A stretch of 63,930 bases of DNA, filler included, from Fonticula-like sp. SCN 57-25 (lineage: Eukaryota), in assembly GCA_001724245.1 (NCBI GenBank). It is 3 parts of 3 records of this genome, joined end to end, with 100 filler letters (N's around TTAATTAATTAA, not from the genome) between each part and the next. Parts side by side here need not be neighbours in the genome. Positions count along the whole stretch, not along the records: positions 21,489 to 46,387 come from MEDX01000083.1; 2 more parts are not named here. One strand, given 5' to 3'. This document shows positions 22,619 to 32,575 of this stretch, piece by piece. A program made the translations under genes and the position numbers. Under the pieces are notes generated by a model. The model had not been told where the DNA came from. It did no database searches and saw only the letters and a list, made by a program, of their open reading frames with translations. Positions within the stretch are counted from its first letter, which is position 1. Each line of letters begins with the position of its first letter.

Positions 22619-24886
22619 CTACACACCCTGGTACTCGGAAGGCTCAGCGACGGCTTGGTCGGGGGGGGCAATGTAGGTGGCAATGTCGGGCAGAGTTGTC
22701 AGCCACTCAGGCATATGATCAGGAGCATACCGCTGATACACATAGATCAGGTCCTTGACCTTGCGCGGATCAACGACAACTGGGGCGGCGCGCGCCGGCG
22801 GCGCCGCGCGCGCCTGCGCGTTGGCGCGCAGTATGGGGTACTCATCCACAGGCTCCCTCGTATTGCTGTTGGACGTCGTTACACGAGCACGACCATCATT
22901 GTCCACCCTCGCCCTTATCCAGCGTAGGTTGCGGATACCCACCACCCGCGTGTACCGCGTCTCCAGATACTGGCGGTAGAGTAAGATGGCGTCGTGGTCG
23001 AAGACGTGCGGGGTAGCGTGCTGCTCAACGACGCTAGCAAGATGAGCCATCGAGAAGACATCCCGCTTTCGGTAGGTGGCCGAGATGGACGCAAAAAGAG
23101 TGTCAGGCGAAAATTTGGTATGGCCAGGCAGCATGAACCGCAGATTGACCTCCTTTAGACGCCCTTCCTCCACGCAGTCTGCGGCCCACCCGACCAGGTA
23201 CTGGGACTTGATCGTCCCGGCATTGTCTCCCCAAATGGTCAGCTTGCTTACGTACGTTGGCAGTGACGCGACATACTGTGTTAGGTACGAGCAAAGATGG
23301 TCGGCCACCTTGGCGCCGCTCGCACGCTCGTCAGACAAAAACACATGAGGGCGCCCGTCATGGTGCTGGACGAGGCCGCAGAGGTGCACCGTAAGCTTCT
23401 GCTTATAGTATGTCTCACCTGGTTGGGCCGACTTACCAAAGTAGGGCAATGTGCGCTCCTGCATGTAATCAACGCAGATTACGGCATGTCCTTCGCGATG
23501 ATCCTCGGCGACGCTGTTCAGCGCGGACCATTCTTCTGCCGCTTGTGCGAGACTGGCAATATAGGCGTCGTGCTCGGCCTTACCGCTCGCGCGGTGCGCA
23601 CTCCACTCTCTTTGCAGCGCCTCTCTGTGAACATCCAGCAGCTGCCGCTCGTCCGCACTTGCGTTCCCCGACACCTTGTCCATGGCCCATCGACGGCCAG
23701 ACAGCTGGTTCAGCTGCACGCGAAACCGCGCGCACGTGTCGCAGTAGTCCGACTGGTGCGGCTGGATGGCATACCGCTCATGCTCACACTCGTGCAGCCA
23801 CTTGGTCAGGGTTGCTTCGCATGGGATCCTCGACTGGCCTTGTTCGATAAGGCACTGTCGATACACCATTACGATTGAGTAGCGCGACAAGTCGGGGTTC
23901 GTTCGGAGTTCTTTGTCTTTATAGCGACCAATGCGAATAAAAGTTGAAGAGAAATATCGTGTTGGGTGGTACAGTGTTGACCTGCCAGTAGGCATCGAGT
24001 TCATTTCACACCAACTAAGAAAAGCATTTCGCGCTTCAGCCTTATACGCATTGTTGGACGCCCGATTGCTAAGCCCGTGTCTGCTGCGGCGGCGAAGCGA
24101 CACCATGTCTCCCTCCCTCACGGTTCGCCACCATGCAATCGGGTGCACGTGAGGGGGTACAATAACGTCGCCAAGGCGGCGGGCAGGAATCGCGTGCTTG
24201 AAGAGGTACTCGGTGTTGTTCGTTTTATAACGAACCCTTACTTCTGCTCGCCGTCTGCTTAAACGGTTTTTATCAACTCTTAAAATTGCAGAAACGCATT
24301 CGGTATGATACAGGGAGTTCCCGTACACGTCGAACAGTTTGGACTCGAGCAATTCGTTCTGAGCGGAAAAATCGGGCTTTCCAGCGCGCCGTCGTTTGGG
24401 GCCCACGCCCCCGTGAACTGCCGCAAAGTAGCGAGAACACAGACCAAGACAGAAGGCAAAACAATTGCATGGTTTCTTCAGGGTTGACCTATGCTGCGTG
24501 CGTAGCTTTCGCATGTACTGCTCATCTTGGAGAAGCCGCTGGAGGCAGGCCGGGTCAGATGCCATCGCCGCCCTCATCAGAGAGTCCAAATCAACGCTGG
24601 CCGTTTCAAGGTCTACAGCTCGGGCATACAGACAATTGAGCTCGCCTTTGTAATATCTCTCCAGGTCCAAAGAGCTTAGTCCAGGTGGTGGACTGTCAGC
24701 TGCCGTTCCCTCATCTTCCTCATCGACATAGTCGTCAGATGACGGAGAGAGTGCTGATCCAGCGGACGCATTATCAAAATCGGCAATCTCGCGGTACATT
24801 TGTTCTTCGGTCTGATACTGTTCGTCATCATTGAATAACTCAACGTCGCTGTTATCGTCGTCAAGACCTCCGTCGAAGGCTTCCAT
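22619..24886 (-). mobile_element. Sola (Sola1-like) DNA transposon transposase, intact intronless 755-aa ORF; element ends not found
   Basis: DYCDTC Zn motif plus downstream His; ICVDYMQ..LPYFG..QPGETYY..KL; WGDNAG..K; FMLPGHTKFSPDTLF, forming a DDD triad pattern; no introns in an intron-dense genome. Confidence 0.75.
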
Positions 24887-25407
24887 GTCGCTCTGATGTT
24901 ACTCTGTCCCAGGCAGCAGCGCCACGCTCGATAATGATCACGTGACATTGATGTAGGTGGCTCGTGATTGGACGATGAAAAGTTGCGTAAAACAAATTAT
25001 TCGTCTCAGCCGCCATTTACGAGATTATGGTGCAATACGTACTTGTGTGGCAAGTTTTTGAGGTTGTGAGACAAATTTTATATTTGATGGGGGCGAACCA
25101 ATGCCATTTTCGGAAAGAGCTCGCGAAACCGCGTCGAGCGTCAGCAAAAAGTGCAAACTGACCAGCAAGTTTGCATCCGTCTTTTAACTTGAGGCCTCCC
25201 CATTTCCGCACTTGCCTTTTTCGGAAAGGTTGCATATGCTGACATGATGGCGCATCATGGCGGGCGGCGGCGGCGACAGGCAGACACTCTGCTCAAACGT
25301 GTGAAAGCGTGCTGACAGCTTGACTTTTCTTCTTCCCCTCTACACGGCCGGAGCAGAGAGGAATTTGGTGAAGGTTTCCTTTTCTTGAGCAGCACTCTTC
25401 GGCTTCC

Positions 25408-26248
25408 ATGGTTGTGGGCGGCATCGCTGTGGAGGCGGACCCCACGACGAAGCGCACCCCCTACCCATGGATGGTTCTCATCAATTACCAAGATGACAAA
25501 GATTGGAAGAAGTCGTCCACTTTCGCAGGCACCATCATTGGCGTTGATGGGGAGACCATATGGGTACTCACCGCTGCGCACTGTCTTTTCTTCAAAAATG
25601 GAGGGATCTCCACGAATTCTGGCCCAAAGCAAACTTGCTTACACGAGAGGGCGGCGACCGTCTCTCTCTCGTACTTCAAGTCGAGGAAGTGTTCATGCCA
25701 CCTGAGTACAAGCCGAATTTGCACGCGTATGACATTGCCTTGTTTCGATGCAAGCGACGCACCGGAAACGCGCAGCTCATCAACCCCATCTATCTTGCGT
25801 CCAATCTTCCGCCGCGGTATGCCGATAACCAGTTTCATATTTAGTTGCGTGGTCTGACGCTCAACTTTTTCATAGCAAAATGATGATGAAAACCACAGGA
25901 TGGGGAGCAACCTGCCATGAGACATGCGACCCGACTGAGGATCTTATGGAAGCATCCATACTCCTGCCAGGTGAAAACACGCGTTTCGAGTCGTCATATA
26001 AAATCGAGGTACCAGAGACGCATTTTGTTGCCGGTCAGAAAGGTAAGGATTCTTGCCAGGGAGATTCTGGCGGGCCGTTGTGGTTTCTGTGCCCTGATAC
26101 TGGTCATTATGTTCAAGTTGGTATTGTCAGCTTTCGGGACGGGTGCGGCGACTACTTTGGAGCGTACACTGACATTACGGGTTTTCAAAGTTGGATTCAG
26201 AAAAAAACCAAAGACTGTGTGGAATTTGTGGGTGTTGAGTGTTCTTAA
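25408..26248 (+). pseudogene. Trypsin-like S1A serine protease with one frameshift between the catalytic His and Asp
   Basis: VVGG, YPWMV, VLTAAHC in one frame; VEEVF..YDIAL in another; intron ~25817-25875; TGWG, KDSCQGDSGGPL, QVGIVSF; no consensus intron bridges the shift. Confidence 0.65.
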
Positions 26249-26521
26249 CCCACGGTCCAGTCGGAACCCCCATGCCGCCTACTGTGAGGCGAGTCCGTTG
26301 GTGCCCCTTTCTCCTCCACCTCTTGAATGTCGGTCTCTCTGTTTCAACTTTCTTCCCCTTCCATCCTTTTCTTATCTCTTGTCTTTGTCAATGCCTCTTC
26401 TCAGTTCAAATATACCCCTAAACCCCCAATTTTACAAATTCGCCCAGTCATGCCGATGGTCTGTTGAACAGTATCCATATTATACATTATTCAAAATTGC
26501 ACTGACAATTACAAAAAGCGT

Positions 26522-28533
26522 TTACAAAAGGGTAAATGTCCACGAATAGTCGTCAAAAATCGCCTGCGACCCGACACGCGTCACCTCTGCCCCATACAAT
26601 GTCGCCCTGTACTTTCCCGCCAAAAGCCTCGACGTCGGCTTGAAACCAAACCGCCGCCCCGGAAACGACCGCGTGCGCAGCTCGACCGCCGCCGCCGCCG
26701 CGTCGTCCTTAATGCTCTCGAGTGTCAGCATGGCGTCCTGCGCGCGCACCGACACGTCATCAAGAAATTCGACGCCGACGAATTTAAAGTCGGCGGCGCG
26801 CGTCGGTGCCTTGCCGTCGGGGATGAGTCGATGCACAATTGTGTGTAGTGGGTGGACGGCGGGCGGGTGAATGAAGGAGTCTTCGAGAGTGGCGGCCATG
26901 TCGGGCTCGTCGCGCGCCATTTCTTCAAGTAAGGCAGAGGCACTGGGTGTCGGCAAGGGTGCCACATGGCGTTCAGGTGGTGGCGGCATTTGTACCTCAT
27001 TCCGCGGCAAATGTGCCTCAATGCGCTCATTTTGGGGACGAATATGCGAGTTTTGACGTCCCAAAACGACATTTTCACGTCTTGAATTGGCTTGTTCATG
27101 ACCCAATTTTGATTCTTGATGACCCAAATTGGATTCTTGAGGCGACTCGTCCATCGAGCCATCTTCAGACTCGTGCTCTTCTTTCACAAACTTTTCCTTG
27201 CTGTTCACCCTGACGTAACGCACACTCGCCAGCTCATACTCTGCACTGCCGTCGCTCGCTTCCTCTGCCCGCTTCTCCGCCTTTCGAATCTTTTTTGGCG
27301 GGAAAGACGCCGTATTATCATCCGCGCGCCGTCTCAGCCCGCGCGTCCCCCCTGCCGCCGCCGCGCGCCGCTTTTCAATGGCCGCGAGAATTTTGCGGCG
27401 CGAACCGAGCTTGATGTGCAGCGACGCGAGGTCGTCCGCCGTGAGCAGCAGCAGCGCGTCCAGGTCAACGTCCTCGGCAGACAGCGCGGCGGCGCAGCCG
27501 TCAACGTCGCGCACGCCGGCTTCCTCTAGAAAGGCGACCACGTGGGGGTCGAGCGGCGGGTCAGCGTCGCGTGACTCGCTTTCGAGAGCGGCAGGGGAAG
27601 GCTGGCGGGGGCTCGGGACGTCGAGCGTCGCGATTTGCGCGTCGGCAGCCTTGCGGAGCGCGTCAATGCACAACGTGTGGCCGCGGCGTGTGGCGGCGTC
27701 CAATGGCGTTACGCCTCTAAAAGAAGAAAAAAGTGTCAGAAAAGAGCAAAAAACACGCATAAAAGTAGCAAAAAAGTCAATACTTGGACGTACTCGACGT
27801 TGGCGATGGAAATGTCGGCGTGGTGAGCCACGAGAAGTGCTACGATGTCGCTGAATCCCTCGCGGGCGGCGATGTAAAGCGGCGTTTCACCGCGTGTTGT
27901 CATGCAGTTTGCGTTGGCGCCGGCGTCAAGCAGTGCGCCAACGACCGCGGGGAAGCGACGGTGGACGGCGAGCAGCAGCGCGGGGACGGCTTCGGCGACG
28001 CAGTGATCGGGCGAGACGCCATGATCGAGGCATTCTAATAAAGCATAAGAAAAGAAAGGAAAAAGTAGAACAAAGCGCACCGCGAACGAGTGAGACGTCG
28101 CCGCGCTTGACGGCGTCGCTAAAGGACGCTTCCCATGAACGCTTGGCGTGATCAAAGACGGGCACGGGTCGCGATCGGTGATGCGAGACGAGATTCTGGA
28201 GGAAGCGGCGCGCGACAGGCTGCAAAAGGGACGCGCCCTCAAACTTGTCCACCGAGCCCACTTTGTACGTCGAGGAAGCAAAGCAGGACGCCTACGCAAT
28301 TGTGAGTCGAAACGCAGTAAAAATCGACGTGACGTACGTGATGCCAGCGGACGTCATCGCGATTCCACGCCTCCTTGTACCTACCAATCGGATGTTTAGC
28401 ATCAACACACTTCTTCAGCCCTGCACCAAGCGCACTCTGCAGGCCCGAGGCGAAGCTCGCCATGCTCTATTGGCTTCGCGCAGGCCGCACACACCGAGCG
28501 GCCGCTCCGCGCGTACTCGGCGCGAAACCGCAT
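26522..28533 (-). CDS. PARP-type zinc finger + ankyrin repeats + SAM + C-terminal bacterial Ig-like (Big_5-like) protein
   Basis: Spliced N-terminus MRFRAEYARSGRSVCAACAKPIEHGELRLG..RWHHASCF; ANK GETPLYIAAREG and GVTPLDAA; SAM LLLLTADDLASLHIKLGSRRKIL; ends FKPTSRLLAGKYRATL..YSWTFTLL; four GT-AG introns. Confidence 0.78.
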
Positions 28534-28908
28534 CTCGGGCGATGCAGGGCCACTAATAATTTTTGAACGCCCCGTAACGGTCGCGTCAGCAATGTTGTCA
28601 AGATGTCAAGCGCGATGCTGCCCGCGCTGCTCGCCCGTTCGGGACGTGGTGAAGCCAGCGAAGGTGGCGCTCAAGTGGCGGGCAGCGGCAACGCACTCGA
28701 GCCAAAAATGGCCGCCCTGCAGCCGCGAACGCTTCTCATTGGTTGTCAACCTGTCAAACACATATCACGCATCCTGATTGGTCGGCTACTCGTCATTGGC
28801 AATACATTGGCAAATGAGCGACAAATGAGCGACAAACACGCGAAAGATAAACTAAAAGACGTATCTATACAAAAACAACAAAGCGAATAAATAATGGCAA
28901 ATATGTTC

Positions 28909-31900
28909 CTATGAATGCTCGACAGCGCCGCTTGTGCAAACAGCGTACACTGCGTGCAGCTTGTTCCACAGCGCCTGTTCGTTCCCCCTGCTCGCGATGA
29001 TGGCCGCGCTCCACTGCTGAATAACCGCACTCGGCGCCGCCGACGCCAACAACTCACGCAGAATCGCCACGTAATCATCCTTTGCGAGCTGCAGGCCCTG
29101 CCTGCGGTGCTCGGCCAAAATGACGCGCCTGATCTGCGTCGGCGCGAGCAAGATCGCCGCGTGCGCCGCCGACCGCGTCAGGTCCGGCGCGCGGCCCTTG
29201 AGCTCTGGCGTCTCAATGGCGATCCGCAGCGCCTCTTCATAGTACTTTACTGCTTCGCCGAGCGCAGAGCTGTCGGGCGGCTGCGCAATGTCCATCTCTT
29301 CAGCATGGCCGCCAACAATGTCGCCAAGCAGTTGCAGCGCATCAACTAAAAGATGTGACGGCTGCTCTTCGGCATCAAGTAGGCTTTCTTCAAGTGCGTC
29401 ATCAACGTCATTTGATTGACGTACAAGAACGCCGCGAAGAATGCCGACGGCGGCTTCGGCGTGCTGACGCGCGCGCACAACATCAATATCTTGCTCATCT
29501 TCTGAAAGGACACACCGCGCCACACTCAAGTGCGCCTCGGCGGCCTCCCTTGTCCGCTCGCCGCCCATCGCCTTGATGCACGTCAAAGCTGCAGTACATT
29601 AGCAAAAAGCACACGTAATCAAAATTCGTACCCTTGTCAAAGGCCGCTGCGGCAGCTGGGAACTGTTCGGCTTGCTCGTAGAGACGCGCCACTTCCAGTG
29701 CCTGGTCGACAGTGCACTCGTGCTGCGGGCCAAACGCACGCATGGCAATTTGAAAGGCAAGCTCGCCACACGTGACCGCCTCATTGAGCATGTCTGCATT
29801 CTCATACAGCGACGCCATCTCTTGGTGCGCCACAATGAGCATAGGATGATATGCGCCCCAATGCCGCTCGGCATCACGAAGTGCGGCCACGTAGTGCGCG
29901 CGCGCCTCTTCCGCCTCGCCATTGCGGCTCGAAAGCGCCATAAGTGTCAAGTGCACCGCCGCGGCCGCCGCGTGGAACGGCGTCGCAAGGCCGAGCGACG
30001 CCTTGGCAAGGCCGTACGCGGTAATGTAACGCTCGCCAGAGGCATATGCTTCGGCCACGTGGACGAGTCGGTCAGAGGTTGAAAAGGCGCGGTAGAGGCG
30101 CTCGACGGGGCCGCGCTGCAGCAGCTCAACAGCCAGCGGCACGAGCGCGCGCATTTCAGGCACGGCGTGGTCAAGAGCAGCTAAGGGCAGATTCAGGGGT
30201 GAACAAAAAGAATAAAAATGTGTATCGTATTTGGGCGTACGTCGGACGGCGGCGCTGACGAGCTTGACGCGCGTGGCAAAAGACTCAAAGTCCTTGGCGG
30301 CCACGTGAGAGACGTCGCCGTCGCAGTCCTTGAACACGACGCCCGCGTGGTGCTGGATGGCGAAAAAGAGCGCGCGGGGCGACATGGACGACACGTACGG
30401 CTTGATGCGCGTAGGCGCACGCAAAAGTGCCGCTGCGCTCGGGAAAAGCAAAAGTGCCACTGGGATAACCTGCTTGGCATAATACGAGCTGTACGAACAC
30501 CGCAAAAACTACAAAAATGCTTTAGCAAACGTAATAAAACCACAATAAAATGCATACGGAATTGATGATGCGGACAACTGCGGCGATGCTTTGAGCGCGA
30601 ATGTCGGTGCCCGGCGGCGACGTGAGCGCCACGCGGCGCAGGTCAGACGCAATCATGTACTTTGCGACCCTCGCAAACATCTCGACAATGCAGAGCATTG
30701 CCACGTGCGGCACCGTCGCGTTGGCCGCGAGCCAGCCAATGTAGCGCACATTGATTCCCGCTCTGTGCATCTCGCCGACAAGCCCGGCCGAGTCAACCGG
30801 CAGCACCTGAAGCGACTCGAGCGCGTAGAGAAAAGCAGGAAGGTCGTCTGCCTCTAGCCGCTCGACGCACGCAAGGACGCGAGATTCGTGCGCGGCGCGG
30901 TCAGCGCTGCCATCCACGAGCGACGTAAAGGCGTCTGCCGACAGCGGCTCTTCATTGCGGCGCACAAGCTCACTGCGAAGACGGCGCTGAGGGGCGAGCG
31001 CGGCGTCGTCGGCTTCGTCGGCGACAGCAAGCGGCATGAGCGTGTCAAGTCCGCTCATAAGGAAACCGCCGCCGTGGAATGGGACGAGCTCGCTGAGTGC
31101 CGAGAGCTGCACGGCGCGGCCGGCGGCAGTGTGCGGCGCGAGGTTCATGTGCTCGGCAAGGGCGTCGACGGCGTCGGGGGCGGCCTCGGCGGGGTCGACG
31201 CCGGGAAGGCGCGAAAAATCTGTTGCCGAGCAGCGGATCCTAAAGCCGGCAAAGTCGACGACGCACAGCAGCGGCACTTGCACTGACGCGCCTTGTGCGC
31301 CGCCCTCGCGCCGCAGCTCGCATACGCTCTGCAGGACGGCGGCAGAGTTCTTGAGGTCGTGGCCAAACGCCTTGTGCGCAGCGATAATGTCCTTTTCGCC
31401 AGCGTTGGAATAGTCGACGACGGCCTGCATGAAAATGTCATTGTGGCGAAAGACGCGGCCGTCAAGCTTGTCAACGCCGCTCGGCAGCGCGCCAATGACT
31501 GCACGGCATGAGCGGCGGCACGCGTCGCTAAAGAGGCCGCTGAGGTGCGCCAGGCGGACCGACAGCTCGTCGGAGGAAAGGGACGCGTCCGCAACGAGCG
31601 TTTGAAATGCGGGTTCCCACTCGTCGGTCAGCGGGCGCTGCACCTTGAAGCCGTAGGGAAGTGTGCCGCTGTCGGCGGGCGCAGCGGGGCGACCGGCGTC
31701 ATCGGTGGCGTAGCGAACAAAGGCGGCGCCGTCGATGCAGCGCTGCAGTTCGTTGCGCGAGATGATGGGGAGGCCAAAGAGGACAATGTCCTGAAGCGTG
31801 TCGGCGTCGCTCGTGGGGTCGCTGTCGTCGCCCGAGCGGAAGGGCGCGTCGCTGTGGACAAAGCGAGCCTTGGTGCTGCGCAAAAGCTCGTACCAGTCCT

Positions 31901-32272
31901 GGCGATCGCGGACATCGCGCGCAGCCAGAACAAACGTCTCCGTCGGCGTGATGACATTAAAGACTGCGACGGGTGAGCGCCAGCACACAAAGAAAGGGAA
32001 AGCGTACCTCGGTCGGTCAACTTGCCGTATTCCTTTGCCTTGGGGAGGCTAAATGTGCACATTGCGACCGAAATGACCGTCTTGCTATCATTCTTGGGCC
32101 GCACGAGGTGGAGCGCGTGATCATAGAGCGTCGCCTTTCTCAGTCCCCATCTAAAGAGACGTTAGCAAACGCCCGCAGCATGCACAAACGCGTGCCGTTT
32201 CAATATCGAAGCGACTCGCAAGTCGAGCTCCCCTTGCTTCAAAATGTGCCCTTCAACCGACCGCGCCTCCAT
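28909..32272 (-). CDS. PH + CLU/CLU-central + TPR protein (clustered-mitochondria/TIF31-related)
   Basis: PH: EGHILKQG..KRWGLRKATL..FNVITPTETFVLAA..DWYELL; CLU: VPLLCVVDFAGFRI, RRLRSELV, EMHRAGINVRYIG, EMFARVAK; TPR: WGAYHP, FGPQHECT. Confidence 0.8.
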
Positions 32273-32575
32273 CGTCAGCGACACAATTCAAATTCAAATC
32301 GAAACCGTTGCAGCAATCTTGCTTGAGACGAAAAATCAAACTGGATTCCTTTCAAAAATCGTCTCAAACCAATCTTCATCGCGCGGCAAGAATGCCAAGC
32401 CATGTCCAGCTGCCAGGCAATGTCACGACACACGAAATGTCCATTCTGTGTCCATTTGATCCATACGTGATCTTTGAATGCCAAATATCTCCTCTCTAAT
32501 TACATAAATATGTTAATGTTGTATTCACTGTTCATCTTATGCATCTAAAAATACAGTCTAAATAGTGTACAAAAT

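Noticed and set aside
21749..25056. CTTGTGTG(T/G)CAAGT on both sides of the HIRAN-transposase block as element ends
   Set aside because: Direct rather than inverted, imperfect, and longer than the 4-bp Sola TSD; may be chance or a promoter motif
27095..27142. 21-bp duplication (QESNLGH/QESKLGH) in the zf-PARP protein linker
   Set aside because: Two-copy local duplication in a disordered region with no further structure
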